Part shown: positions 1 to 9,763 of the stretch, in pieces | Numbering within the stretch: the first letter of the stretch is position 1 | Layout: each line of letters opens with the position of its first letter | Origin: an uncultured virus (IMG/VR IMGVR_UViG_3300027779_000022) | Taxonomy: Duplodnaviria; Heunggongvirae; Uroviricota; Caudoviricetes | Virus record (IMG/VR): IMGVR_UViG_3300027779_000022 | Direction: 5' to 3' (one strand) | Length of the DNA: 64,000 nt | Notes under the pieces: generated by a model | Databases searched by the model: none | What the model was told of the DNA's origin: nothing | What the model saw: only the letters and a program-made list of their open reading frames with translations | Program-made: the position numbers and the translations under genes

Positions 1-2
1 CC

Positions 3-161
3 AGCCGCTTCTCGACCACCGGTCCTGATCCCCAAGATGCGCTAACAACTGATGACTTATTTAAGTTATTTAACGCTGGCATCAACCCTGCGGATTTGCG
101 TGATGTAGACAATTCTAATCTCTCGCCTGAAATGAAAAGTATTCTTGGGCGCCCAGTATAA
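3..161 (+). CDS. 3' end of a hypothetical protein (truncated by window edge)
   Basis: Open frame from position 3 to TAA at 159-161, overlapping the next ATG (TAATG). Confidence 0.6.
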   Translation, partial: SRFSTTGPDPQDALTTDDLFKLFNAGINPADLRDVDNSNLSPEMKSILGRPV

Positions 162-451
162 TGAATTGGTTAAAAGCACTTTGGAGCAAACTTGTAAACA
201 AGACTGCGGTTTCCGTAACAACTGTCGAGGCTGAGGAAGAATCAGTTATTGAGATTCTTACAACTATATTAGTAGAATCCGGCGTTAGTGAGAGTTATGT
301 ATCAGAACATGTAGCAGCGCGCTTTGAAGAGTCATACGATGGAGAAGCAACCATAGAAGCCGTAAAGGTCGCACTGAATGCTTTTACTGAGGCAAATCCA
401 GGAATAGGCCGAGCCATGAGTAAACAACAAGTCAAAGCCAGATTAAAATGA
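161..451 (+). CDS. hypothetical protein with amphipathic N-terminus
   Basis: 96 aa ORF coupled to both neighbours (TAATG, ATGA); starts MNWLKALWSKLV. Confidence 0.7.
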   Translation: MNWLKALWSKLVNKTAVSVTTVEAEEESVIEILTTILVESGVSESYVSEHVAARFEESYDGEATIEAVKVALNAFTEANPGIGRAMSKQQVKARLK

Positions 452-690
452 AACTCACTAAGTCCAAACTCAAGTTGATCATTAAAGAAGAAATGGAACA
501 GATGGAGTTGCAGGACTTGCAGCCGCAGGTTGACGCAATTTATAATATTCTGCAATCTGAGATGGAGAAGGTTCCTCAAGAGGTCCGCGGAATTGTTTTA
601 CAAGCAGTGACAGCTAAGATGGGCGAAGCGTCTAAAGACTCAGAGCAGTTAGAAGAGGCCGGAGAGAACAATTCTTACGGAGGTGGATAG
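448..690 (+). CDS. putative internal head protein
   Basis: N-terminal MKLTKSKLKLIIKEE motif shared with other head-module ORFs; acidic. Confidence 0.55.
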   Translation: MKLTKSKLKLIIKEEMEQMELQDLQPQVDAIYNILQSEMEKVPQEVRGIVLQAVTAKMGEASKDSEQLEEAGENNSYGGG

Positions 691-890
691 TGATGGCGAA
701 AGCAGAAGCCTTTGTTGATGGTTGGCTCGCAAAATTAACCTCAAGAAAGCTGATGGTGTGGTTAACTGCCACGGCACTAACTTTAGCTGGACATGTTACC
801 AGCGAAGATTGGGTAATCATTTCAGCAATATATATTGGCGGCCAAACGGTTATCGATGGTATAGCGCGCTTGAGAGGTTACAATGATTAA
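690..890 (+). CDS. putative holin
   Basis: 66 aa, two hydrophobic segments after basic KLTSRK; GGAGG SD; followed by spanin-like ORFs. Confidence 0.5.
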   Translation: MMAKAEAFVDGWLAKLTSRKLMVWLTATALTLAGHVTSEDWVIISAIYIGGQTVIDGIARLRGYND

Positions 891-1266
891 GAAGCAATTA
901 CTAGAATTTGCACTCAAGAACTGGAAAGCAATACTAATCGTGTTGCTTTCTTTAGTTGTGACAATGAAAGCACATCATGATTATAGTTTAATGCAAAAAG
1001 CATATGAGATACAATCGGATTCCCACAAGGCACAAATCGAGGGATTGAAAGAAATACACAAACAAGAGATTCAAGCCAAACAATTGCTCATGGAAAGTCA
1101 TTTAGAATCCATTGCTGTGATTGAAGAAGAATACGAAGAAGCTTTTAAACAGCTTGAAAAACTTCGAGAGAAAAAGAATAACGAATATAAAAGAAAGTTC
1201 AGACATGATAAGGAAGAATTAATTAAAGATATAGAGACTAAATTTGGTATTGAATATGTTCCTTAA
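883..1266 (+). CDS. putative inner-membrane spanin-like protein
   Basis: N-terminal TM (AILIVLLSLVV) followed by a long coiled coil. Confidence 0.45.
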   Translation: MIKKQLLEFALKNWKAILIVLLSLVVTMKAHHDYSLMQKAYEIQSDSHKAQIEGLKEIHKQEIQAKQLLMESHLESIAVIEEEYEEAFKQLEKLREKKNNEYKRKFRHDKEELIKDIETKFGIEYVP

Positions 1267-1675
1267 ACTCCTCCTAATGTTCAGTCTTTCGGCAAATGCA
1301 ACCGAGCCGGCCAAGTTTACTATTTTAAAATACAAGGCGCCGGCCCCGTTTGCTGGTGTAATCTTTGATGAGAAAGCTATGGCAAAAATGCTAGCACGCT
1401 ACGATCTTGCTTTGTACTCTTGTGATATACAAACCGAATACCAACTAAAGATTCAAAAAGAAGAATATAGTTTTAAGCTAGATAGTTTAAAAATTGAGCA
1501 TAAATCCTTAACAGATGAATACGATTTGTTTATAATACAAAAGGATATGGAGATTAGCTCCCTTGCAGATTCACTAAAAAAAACTTCCCCGGGCTACAAA
1601 TGGTTGTATTTTGCTGGTGGGATCCTTATTGGCACTGCAAGTTCATACGGCGTATATAAGGCGATAAATGACTAA
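1244..1675 (+). CDS. secreted/membrane coiled-coil protein (spanin-like)
   Basis: Signal peptide ending ANA, coiled coil, C-terminal hydrophobic segment WLYFAGGILIG. Confidence 0.45.
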   Translation: MVLNMFLKLLLMFSLSANATEPAKFTILKYKAPAPFAGVIFDEKAMAKMLARYDLALYSCDIQTEYQLKIQKEEYSFKLDSLKIEHKSLTDEYDLFIIQKDMEISSLADSLKKTSPGYKWLYFAGGILIGTASSYGVYKAIND

Positions 1676-2063
1676 AAAAGATTTGAACTATATTGCATCG
1701 GTTGAAAAGGCAATCGCTGAAAAATATGGTAAAGAAACAATCCAGAACCCAATGAAAGATTGGGACGAAGAAAAAGAAAATCAATATATCTCTCAAATGA
1801 AAGAGCTATATGCAAAAAACTCTTCTAACTCTTCGTGGCAAGAGAAAATTGATATAAATGGTATAAAGGTTACAAAAAAACTACTTAATAAGGAGCCTTT
1901 ACATACATGTCCTATCTGCGGATCCTTTCCAAAGAAATCTATGGATGATGTTTGTCTTCTAAAATTCGATTGTTGCAATACTTGTTATATTCAATATATT
2001 GAAGGTAGAGAAGAAAGATGGCAAAAAGGTTGGAGACCAAATTTAAAAGAGGAAAATGAATAA
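1668..2063 (+). CDS. hypothetical protein with Cys motifs (possible Zn finger)
   Basis: CPIC...C...CCNTC; coupled to neighbours. Confidence 0.65.
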   Translation: MTKKDLNYIASVEKAIAEKYGKETIQNPMKDWDEEKENQYISQMKELYAKNSSNSSWQEKIDINGIKVTKKLLNKEPLHTCPICGSFPKKSMDDVCLLKFDCCNTCYIQYIEGREERWQKGWRPNLKEENE

Positions 2064-2626
2064 TGGCTACAGTTTACGAAATAGTGCAAGGGCTTTCACA
2101 AGCAGCTGCAAACGCTTACGATGGCGCTTTAAATGAAGATGGCGAGCAATTAAAAGCTGGCTTGCAAAGAGAGGAAGGGGACCCAATTCTCGATAAGAGA
2201 GTGATGGACGGGTTCAATGTAAAATTCCATGGCAATATTATGTGTCTAAATTATATGTCTGAGGTTCAGCTTAAAGAAGTTTATGCGGCAGGCTTTGAAA
2301 CTGAAGTGGAGCAGAGGATGACCGATATCACCTCGTTCCTCAAGAAAGAATATAAGAAGATTACAGGCAACTCTGTAACTCTGACCAAAGAGGGAGACAT
2401 CGATGTTCTCGTTCAAAATTCTTCTCGCGTTCGAAGCTGGGTGCAAGCTATGATGGACTTTAAAGTCGGCGGACTCAATGAGGACAATGCCGTCGCAGCC
2501 GACGCCGACACAAAGCCTGAAGCTAAGTGGGAATCATTTGTTTCCCAAGGCGGCTGGAACGGCAAAGGTGGCACACGCCCAAGCAATGATACAAGAAAGA
2601 AAGACAAGGATACGCCTAAGAAATGA
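2063..2626 (+). CDS. hypothetical phage protein
   Basis: 187 aa ORF, GAGGA SD, TAATG coupling. Confidence 0.7.
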   Translation: MATVYEIVQGLSQAAANAYDGALNEDGEQLKAGLQREEGDPILDKRVMDGFNVKFHGNIMCLNYMSEVQLKEVYAAGFETEVEQRMTDITSFLKKEYKKITGNSVTLTKEGDIDVLVQNSSRVRSWVQAMMDFKVGGLNEDNAVAADADTKPEAKWESFVSQGGWNGKGGTRPSNDTRKKDKDTPKK

Positions 2627-3447
2627 ACATTTCTAGAAATAGACTTCAGAAAATTGTTTTAGAAGAATATCTGAAAGAAGAGGGTATTCAACTTGAGGCA
2701 TTAAGTCAGGAACGCTATCAAGATTTTATGGATTGGATTCAAAAGAATGGTCCGAAACCAGCTTGGCTAGATGACTATGCCAAAAGTACGAAAAGTCCTC
2801 CTCCTCCACCAGAAGTCCCAGGCTCTCCGGTATCAAATATAAACACGGCAGAAACAATGCCTTTCCCGATTGCGGCCGCCGAGCCTGATTCGTCGAGTGA
2901 AACTCGCCCAATGGATATTCCGAGTGATGATGCCCCGGAGAGTGAATATTCTGGATTCCAAGATCGCTCAGGTCCTCCCGAGAATCCCGAGCAAGCTATT
3001 TTGGGCATAGTTAGTGCCATGCAACCTGATGAAATGGTTGATTTGTTTAACAATATTATTGGACAAATTGCACCAGAATACCTCCAAGAACCTTCGGGGA
3101 ACCCCATCGGATTCAGAGAAGACCTTACAAACAAAGTTTACGATAAATTATTGGAAATGGGCGGTACTATGTATAGAGGCATGGGAGCAGCATATAATAG
3201 AGATATAGATACTGGCGAAGAATACATGGGCACCACTGAGCTTCAAGAAGAAGAGGTCGAAGATTTAGCCGATAAGTTCGATGTAGAGGCTACTGTTGAA
3301 ACAGCAAACGATGGGAAACCGGCGATTTTAGTATGGCACCAAAACGGTGATGTATCTGCATATCATGACGCAGAAGAGATGTACCGAGATTTAGCTAGCA
3401 GGCAAGAAATGAATGAAGAAGTTATAGCGACCCTGAAAAATGTATGA
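2623..3447 (+). CDS. acidic Pro-rich putative internal head protein
   Basis: N-terminal MNISRNRLQKIVLEE motif; low-complexity acidic body. Confidence 0.55.
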   Translation: MNISRNRLQKIVLEEYLKEEGIQLEALSQERYQDFMDWIQKNGPKPAWLDDYAKSTKSPPPPPEVPGSPVSNINTAETMPFPIAAAEPDSSSETRPMDIPSDDAPESEYSGFQDRSGPPENPEQAILGIVSAMQPDEMVDLFNNIIGQIAPEYLQEPSGNPIGFREDLTNKVYDKLLEMGGTMYRGMGAAYNRDIDTGEEYMGTTELQEEEVEDLADKFDVEATVETANDGKPAILVWHQNGDVSAYHDAEEMYRDLASRQEMNEEVIATLKNV

Positions 3448-5027
3448 GTTTTCAATTAGACAAAAAGCAAAGAGTTAACGAAATACTTAAATGCGGTAAA
3501 GACCCCGTTTATTTTCTTAAATCCTATGCAAGAATTTCTCACCCCTTGAAGGGGTTGATTCTTTTTGATACCTATGATTTTCAAGATAGTCTTATGAAAG
3601 ACTTCAATGATTATCGTTTTAATGTAATCTTGAAGGCACGCCAGCTTGGTATCTCTACAATCACTGCTGGCTACGTCGTGTGGTTAATGTTGTTTCACCG
3701 AGATAAATCCATCCTAGTCATGGCAACGAAGTTTGCGGTTGCAGGAAACTTAGTAAAGAAAGTCAAAAACATCATGCGAAATCTTCCGTCTTGGATTAAG
3801 ATTGCAGAAATCTCCGTTGATAACCGCACTTCTTTCGAATTATCAAATGGCTCATCGATTAAGGCAGCTTCTACTTCTGGCGATGCTGGTCGTTCTGAAG
3901 CGCTGTCTCTTTTGGTTCTCGACGAGGCAGCACACATTGAGGGTCTTGAAGAGCTATGGACGGGTCTATACCCCACTCTTTCAACGGGCGGCCGCTGCAT
4001 CGCCCTCTCCACACCCAATGGTGTAGGTAACTGGTTTCACAAGACATGTGTAGATGCAGAGGCAGGAGCAAATAATTTTCATTTAACAGATTTGCCTTGG
4101 GATGTACACCCAGACCGCGATGCCGATTGGTACAACAAGGAAACAAGGAATATGTCCAAACGACAAATTGCTCAAGAGTTAGAGTGTAACTTCAATACTT
4201 CTGGGGAAACGGTTGTGGATCCTGAGTGCCTGGAATGGCTCCTTGCAAATGTGCGCGAACCCAAGCACAGGACAGGCTTTGATAGAAACTTTTGGATTTG
4301 GGAAGAGTTTGATCCAACGTGCAATTATCTCATGGTTGCTGACGTCGCGCGCGGCGACGGTGAAGATTATTCTACATTTCATATAATAAAGCTTGAAACT
4401 TTAGAGATCGTTGGAGAGTATCAGGGCAAAGCAACATTAGATATGTTCGCGAACTTACTTAATCAGGTCGGCCGTGAGTATGGAGACTGCATGTTGGTTG
4501 TTGAAAACAACAATATTGGTTACTCTGTTCTTGATAAATTACTTGAATATGGATATCCAAATATTTATCATTCTATAAAATCAACACACGAATATATCGA
4601 ACAACATCAAGCCGAAGCAATGAACTCTGCAGTCCCAGGGTTTTCCACAACTATGAAAACTAGACCGCTTATCGTAGCAAAATTAGAAGAGTTTATCAGA
4701 AATAAACTAATTACCATATATTCCTCTCGTACAGTTAACGAGATGAAGACCTTTATTTGGAGAAATGGCAAACCACAAGCGATGAAAGGGTACCACGATG
4801 ATCTCATTATGGCACTTGCAATCGCATGCTGGGTGAGAGATACAGCACTTCAGTCCAGCGCAAGAGATTTAAACTATCAAAAAGCTTTCTTGGGTGCTAT
4901 CTATACATCTAAAACCACAATGAATACACAAATTAAAGGGCAAGAAGGCTACAAAAGAAACGATATCTTTGATAAAATGAGTGAAGCAGATAAAATATAT
5001 GACCAATACAAATGGATCATAAAGTGA
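3444..5027 (+). CDS. terminase large subunit (T4 gp17-like)
   Basis: Walker A KARQLGIST, Walker B LLVLDEAAHI, STPNG motif, nuclease ADVARG and HDDLIMA. Confidence 0.95.
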   Translation: MSFQLDKKQRVNEILKCGKDPVYFLKSYARISHPLKGLILFDTYDFQDSLMKDFNDYRFNVILKARQLGISTITAGYVVWLMLFHRDKSILVMATKFAVAGNLVKKVKNIMRNLPSWIKIAEISVDNRTSFELSNGSSIKAASTSGDAGRSEALSLLVLDEAAHIEGLEELWTGLYPTLSTGGRCIALSTPNGVGNWFHKTCVDAEAGANNFHLTDLPWDVHPDRDADWYNKETRNMSKRQIAQELECNFNTSGETVVDPECLEWLLANVREPKHRTGFDRNFWIWEEFDPTCNYLMVADVARGDGEDYSTFHIIKLETLEIVGEYQGKATLDMFANLLNQVGREYGDCMLVVENNNIGYSVLDKLLEYGYPNIYHSIKSTHEYIEQHQAEAMNSAVPGFSTTMKTRPLIVAKLEEFIRNKLITIYSSRTVNEMKTFIWRNGKPQAMKGYHDDLIMALAIACWVRDTALQSSARDLNYQKAFLGAIYTSKTTMNTQIKGQEGYKRNDIFDKMSEADKIYDQYKWIIK

Positions 5028-5037
5028 GAAATTAAAA

Positions 5038-6984
5038 ATGGCAGAGAAAAATCCAAGAAATACCCAATCCCAATTATTTAAAGCATTAACCAGATTGTTT
5101 TCTGGGCCGATCATAAATTATCGATCGCAGTCCGGCAGGAAGATTAGACGTCAACATCTGGACAAGTTTTCATCTAGGTTTAAATCGGCATCTGGTCAGC
5201 AGTTTAAAAAGTCGCTTTACAATCCACTAGATACCCTCTCTGCTAACGCGATGCAAAACCAACGCCGCGTGGAGCGTTATGTAGATTTTGATCAGATGGA
5301 GTATATGCCAGAGATCGCCTCTTCAATGGATATCTATGCCGATGAGATGACAACTTATTCCGATTTGCGCCCCATGCTCAACGTTAAATGTTCTAATGAA
5401 GAAATTAAAGCAGTACTTGAAAACCTTTATTCTAAGGTATTGAATATTGATTATAATCTTTTCGGCTGGGCTCGGACAATGTGTAAGTATGGAGACTTCT
5501 TTCTCTATCTTGACATCGATGATAATTATGGCATCCAATCAGTAATCTCATTACCGATAGCTGAGCTTGAAAGGTTAGAGGGGCAAGACTCCACAAATCC
5601 AAATTATGTACAGTATCAATGGAATGGTGCAGGCATGACTTTTGAAAACTGGCAGATAGCACACTTCAGAGTCTTAGGAAATGATAAGCATGCACCGTAC
5701 GGTACCTCTATCTTAGACCCTGCCAGAAGAATTTTTAGACAATTAACTCTCGTAGAGGATGCAATGATGGCCTATAGAGTTATCCGCTCATCTGAGAGAA
5801 AATTATTCAAGATCGATGTTGGTGCAATCCCTCCCCAAGATGTTGAGCAATATATGGAAAAGATTGTTACTCAGCTTAAACGACATTCGGTTATTGATGC
5901 CACCAGTGGTCGAGTCGATATGAGATATAACCCCATGAGCATAGAAGAAGATTACTTCATTCCTGTGCGCCCGGGCTCAGCCACAGAAATTACTAATCTT
6001 GCCGGCGGCCAAAACACAACAGCGATTGATGATGTTAAATATCTTCGTGATAAATTGTTCTCCGCCCTCAAAATCCCCCAAGCATACCTCGCTATGGGAG
6101 ATGGTGCAGCCGAAGATAAAACAACTCTTGCCCAAAAAGATGTTAGATTCGCTAGAACAATCCAGAGATTACAGAGAGTGATTACATCTGAGCTTGAAAA
6201 AATTGGAATCATTCACCTTTATACTCTCGGCTTCCGCGGAGATGATCTGGTTAACTTCAAAATAATACTAAATAACCCTTCCAAAATATCAGAACTGCAA
6301 GAGATCGAGCACTGGAAACAGAAGTTTGATATTGCGGCTTCTGCGACAGAAGGATTCTTTTCTCGCCGATGGGTGTCTGAAAATATATTTGGAGTTTCAC
6401 ACGAAGAGTTTATACGGAACCAAAGAGAAATGTATTATGATCGCAAACATGATGCCAATCTCCAAGCTGTTGCAGAAGCCGCGGCAGCAGGAGAGACAGC
6501 CGGCGCAGTAGGCGGCGGAGACATGGATATGGGCGGCGGAGAGATGCCGGCAGAAATGCCTGCTGATGATATCGGCGCCGATCCTGCCGCGGATGTGGGA
6601 GGCGGTGGAGAAGAGTCTTCATTGCTCGCAGTACCGCCTGGATCACGTAATGCTCCCCGGCTTACTCCCGGAGCAAAAGGAAAGGTTTACCACCCAGTAA
6701 GAAATGATTCTCGTAAGGACAGTGGGCCTAGAACCAGAAATTATCAGGCCCAATATAATTCTGAAAAACGTGGGTCATCCAACAGGGCCAAGTTCCCCGG
6801 AGCAGAAATTGCTTCAATTCCAAGCATTGCAAAAGGTATTTATGAAGAAGATGTTTCTATTTATAGTTTGAAAGAGTCTATCGAAGAAAAGAAGCTTTTT
6901 GAAGTGAACGATTCTTTACATAGTTTAATAACTGAATTAGAAAATAAAAATAAATTAATTACGGAGCAAAAAAATGAAGATTAG
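5038..6984 (+). CDS. portal protein (T4 gp20-like) with acidic C-terminal extension
   Basis: EDAMMAYRVIRSSER, FKIDVG, EEDYFIPVR, DDVKYLRDKLFSALKIP motifs; follows terminase. Confidence 0.93.
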   Translation: MAEKNPRNTQSQLFKALTRLFSGPIINYRSQSGRKIRRQHLDKFSSRFKSASGQQFKKSLYNPLDTLSANAMQNQRRVERYVDFDQMEYMPEIASSMDIYADEMTTYSDLRPMLNVKCSNEEIKAVLENLYSKVLNIDYNLFGWARTMCKYGDFFLYLDIDDNYGIQSVISLPIAELERLEGQDSTNPNYVQYQWNGAGMTFENWQIAHFRVLGNDKHAPYGTSILDPARRIFRQLTLVEDAMMAYRVIRSSERKLFKIDVGAIPPQDVEQYMEKIVTQLKRHSVIDATSGRVDMRYNPMSIEEDYFIPVRPGSATEITNLAGGQNTTAIDDVKYLRDKLFSALKIPQAYLAMGDGAAEDKTTLAQKDVRFARTIQRLQRVITSELEKIGIIHLYTLGFRGDDLVNFKIILNNPSKISELQEIEHWKQKFDIAASATEGFFSRRWVSENIFGVSHEEFIRNQREMYYDRKHDANLQAVAEAAAAGETAGAVGGGDMDMGGGEMPAEMPADDIGADPAADVGGGGEESSLLAVPPGSRNAPRLTPGAKGKVYHPVRNDSRKDSGPRTRNYQAQYNSEKRGSSNRAKFPGAEIASIPSIAKGIYEEDVSIYSLKESIEEKKLFEVNDSLHSLITELENKNKLITEQKNED

Positions 6985-7804
6985 GCACAATAAAAAACGA
7001 AACACAGCATTTGTTTATGAGGCCCTTATAAGAGAGGGTACGTCGGCTATCTTACAAGATGATGATATGCGAAAAAACAAAGTGGTAAACATAGTTAAGA
7101 AGCACTTTAAAAATAATTCGCTACTTAAGAAGGACCTAGACTGTTATAGATCCTTATATGAAGGCCAAGATCTGAATCTCGATGATTGTCTCCGCATAAT
7201 CAAAGAAGCGAAGTTACAGAAGAGATTAATTGATCCAGCAGCCTTATTTAAGAAGCAGTCTGATTTCATTCGCGATGTAAATAAAGAATTTGATGCCAGC
7301 ATCTTTAACAACTTTGTCCCAAACTACAAATCACTTGCTAATATTTATCAAATGTTTTCTAAGGAAACCTCTCCTAGAGATGCAGTCCTATTAGAAAAAT
7401 TAGTCTTAGACACAATGGGTAGCGAAGAACCAGCTTCGGAGTTATCAGACGTCGACAACATCGTAATAAACTCATTTGTTGAAAAATTTAACACCAAATA
7501 TGATGAACAGCTTTTTGAAGAGCAAAAAAATGTTCTTAATCTTTATATCAGATCTTTTGTGGACAATTCGGTTGAGTTTAAAATGTTTTTAAACGAAGAG
7601 ATTACGAGATTAAAGAGCCAGATTGAATCAGCGAAGGGAAATAAATACATTTCCGAAGATAAAGACATGATTGAGAAAACTAATCTAATTGCCAACAAGC
7701 TTGAGAGTTTGAAGGCAACAGAAATCAACGAAGAGATACTGTCAACAATTCTTAAAGTGCAGTCTCTTGTAAGGGAAACAGTGGAAAATGGCAATAATAA
7801 TTAA
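6974..7804 (+). CDS. hypothetical head-module protein
   Basis: 276 aa helical ORF immediately after portal; GGAG SD. Confidence 0.7.
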   Translation: MKIRHNKKRNTAFVYEALIREGTSAILQDDDMRKNKVVNIVKKHFKNNSLLKKDLDCYRSLYEGQDLNLDDCLRIIKEAKLQKRLIDPAALFKKQSDFIRDVNKEFDASIFNNFVPNYKSLANIYQMFSKETSPRDAVLLEKLVLDTMGSEEPASELSDVDNIVINSFVEKFNTKYDEQLFEEQKNVLNLYIRSFVDNSVEFKMFLNEEITRLKSQIESAKGNKYISEDKDMIEKTNLIANKLESLKATEINEEILSTILKVQSLVRETVENGNNN

Positions 7805-8330
7805 AGTTGGCGAAAAAGCCAACCAAAAGAAAGTTAAATTAGAATTAAATGCCCGCCAAACCTTATCTGGCGACGTAATGATTTTTGATCATGGCGATAT
7901 CGATATCGTCTTGTCCCCAACAAACAAAAAAGTAGTTGTGTTTCCCAAGGATACTATGTCTGATTTAGTCTATGGTGCACAAAATCGACTAATGACTCAC
8001 TTGATTAAAAGGGGAATCCTTATACCAGAGAGTGTCCAAGCCGGTTCATTCTACGGAGCGATGGAGGGCACGATACAAGAATCGGCAAAGCCAGAAATAT
8101 CCGGCCCAAAGCTCGCTTTGATAAACATTTCGAATTTTATCGATGAAGAACGCCCATACTTTGAAAATACCGAGGCAATCATTTCTATGCAAGATGATGA
8201 TTTGATACACCCGGATAACACAGATTCTACAGAACTAGGTGAAGTTCCACAGGCAACTGAAAAGGGTTCGATGAAACATTCGTATATCAGAGACCCTTAT
8301 GCGTTAAACTATATGTATACTTTTGAATAG
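7788..8330 (+). CDS. hypothetical protein
   Basis: 180 aa ORF in operon. Confidence 0.7.
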   Translation: MAIIIKVGEKANQKKVKLELNARQTLSGDVMIFDHGDIDIVLSPTNKKVVVFPKDTMSDLVYGAQNRLMTHLIKRGILIPESVQAGSFYGAMEGTIQESAKPEISGPKLALINISNFIDEERPYFENTEAIISMQDDDLIHPDNTDSTELGEVPQATEKGSMKHSYIRDPYALNYMYTFE

Positions 8331-8336
8331 GAAATC

Positions 8337-8645
8337 ATGGAATTATTAACATTTATATTATGTGCTTATGGGCTTACTCAAATTATAGTATACGGTAAAG
8401 TTTTAGATAGCGTAAGGCCAACGAAAGGAAAACTTGGAGCACTGTTTAAATGCCCAATGTGTGTGGGATTTCATATAGGTTGGTTTTTATTGTTGCTTTC
8501 TCCGTTTACAGAACTATTTAATTTTGACGTTTCTGTTGCTAATTTCTTTATTTTAGGATGGTTATCATCTGGAACATCATATATTTTTAACATGATATTT
8601 GGAGACGAGGGAATAAAACATGAACACAAACATTTGGATAGATAA
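8337..8645 (+). CDS. small membrane protein with CPMC motif
   Basis: Three hydrophobic segments; CPMCVGFHIG. Confidence 0.65.
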   Translation: MELLTFILCAYGLTQIIVYGKVLDSVRPTKGKLGALFKCPMCVGFHIGWFLLLLSPFTELFNFDVSVANFFILGWLSSGTSYIFNMIFGDEGIKHEHKHLDR

Positions 8646-8693
8646 GTGGATGCTTCAACCTGTCCGTCATTGCTGCAAAGGGAGTTAGCTAAA

Positions 8694-9155
8694 ATGAAAA
8701 TCACAGAAAATCAATTAAAACAAATTATCGATGAAGAGATTCAGACGATGGTTGACAATGGAGAGATCGATGAGGGAATGCTCGATCGACTTAAGGCACG
8801 TGGATCAAGTGCGCTGTCCAAAGCTGGCAGTGCCGTCAAAGGCGCCGGCCAATCGCTTGGCGCGAAGTATACTGGCGCCAAAGCCGCTGGCGCCGAATTC
8901 CTTGGCGGCGATGTCAAGAAACTGAGAGGCCAACAAGCAGATCAGGAAAAGGCTGCTGCCGATACAAAGACACAAGGTGCTGATAAAGCAGAGGCAACGA
9001 AAACTTTATCTATCTTAAATTCTCACCTTAAAGCAATGGTGAACGATTTAACAAAGCTTGGTATCGATTTAAACCAGCCCGGAGTCAAGGGTGCAGTACA
9101 CAATCTGCAGAAAGCAGTTAGTGGAACAATCTCAAAGAGGGCCGCCGAACAATGA
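8694..9155 (+). CDS. putative internal head protein
   Basis: Start moved from 8646 to 8694 (GGAG upstream), giving MKITENQLKQIIDEE; Ala/Lys/Gly-rich. Confidence 0.6.
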   Translation: MKITENQLKQIIDEEIQTMVDNGEIDEGMLDRLKARGSSALSKAGSAVKGAGQSLGAKYTGAKAAGAEFLGGDVKKLRGQQADQEKAAADTKTQGADKAEATKTLSILNSHLKAMVNDLTKLGIDLNQPGVKGAVHNLQKAVSGTISKRAAEQ

Positions 9156-9763
9156 GCCAAGTTCTCTTACGCGAATATTACGAGTTGTGCGAAGGCGGTG
9201 TCTGTCAAGATTTATTGACGGAGGCCGAAAAGCGTTATGTCTCTGAAGGTGGCATGATTTTGTCTGGCGTAATGCAAAAGTCAGATACACAGAATGGTAA
9301 TGGTCGCGTTTATCCGCACAATGTATTGATGCGCGAAGTAGAACTCTACAAGAAGCTTGTTAAGGAACGTCGTGCCCTCGGTGAGTTAGACCACCCCGAT
9401 GATTCGGTTATTAATCTTAAGAATGCCTCCCACATGGTCACCGATGTGTGGTTCGAAGGCAAAAGCGTTATGGGCAAAGTACAGGTACTTGACACACCAT
9501 CAGGTAACATACTTCGCTCGTTAGTGGATTGTGGAGTCAAGCTAGGGATTTCATCCCGCGGCATGGGTTCCGTAAGTGAGTCGCAAGGCTCTACAGTTGT
9601 AGAAGACGATTTTCAATTAATCTGTTTTGATTTCGTCTCAGAACCTTCAACGCCGAATGCATTTATGATGCGCGAGGCAAAAGAGTTTGGGAATACTAAC
9701 GTATTCAACAAAGCAGATAAAATCAATAGACTAATTAATGATATCATTGGAGATTTTAAATGA
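9152..9763 (+). CDS. prohead protease (T4 gp21-like)
   Basis: NGNGRVYP, ALGELDHP, GISSRGMGS, DFVSEPSTPNA. Confidence 0.95.
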   Translation: MSQVLLREYYELCEGGVCQDLLTEAEKRYVSEGGMILSGVMQKSDTQNGNGRVYPHNVLMREVELYKKLVKERRALGELDHPDDSVINLKNASHMVTDVWFEGKSVMGKVQVLDTPSGNILRSLVDCGVKLGISSRGMGSVSESQGSTVVEDDFQLICFDFVSEPSTPNAFMMREAKEFGNTNVFNKADKINRLINDIIGDFK

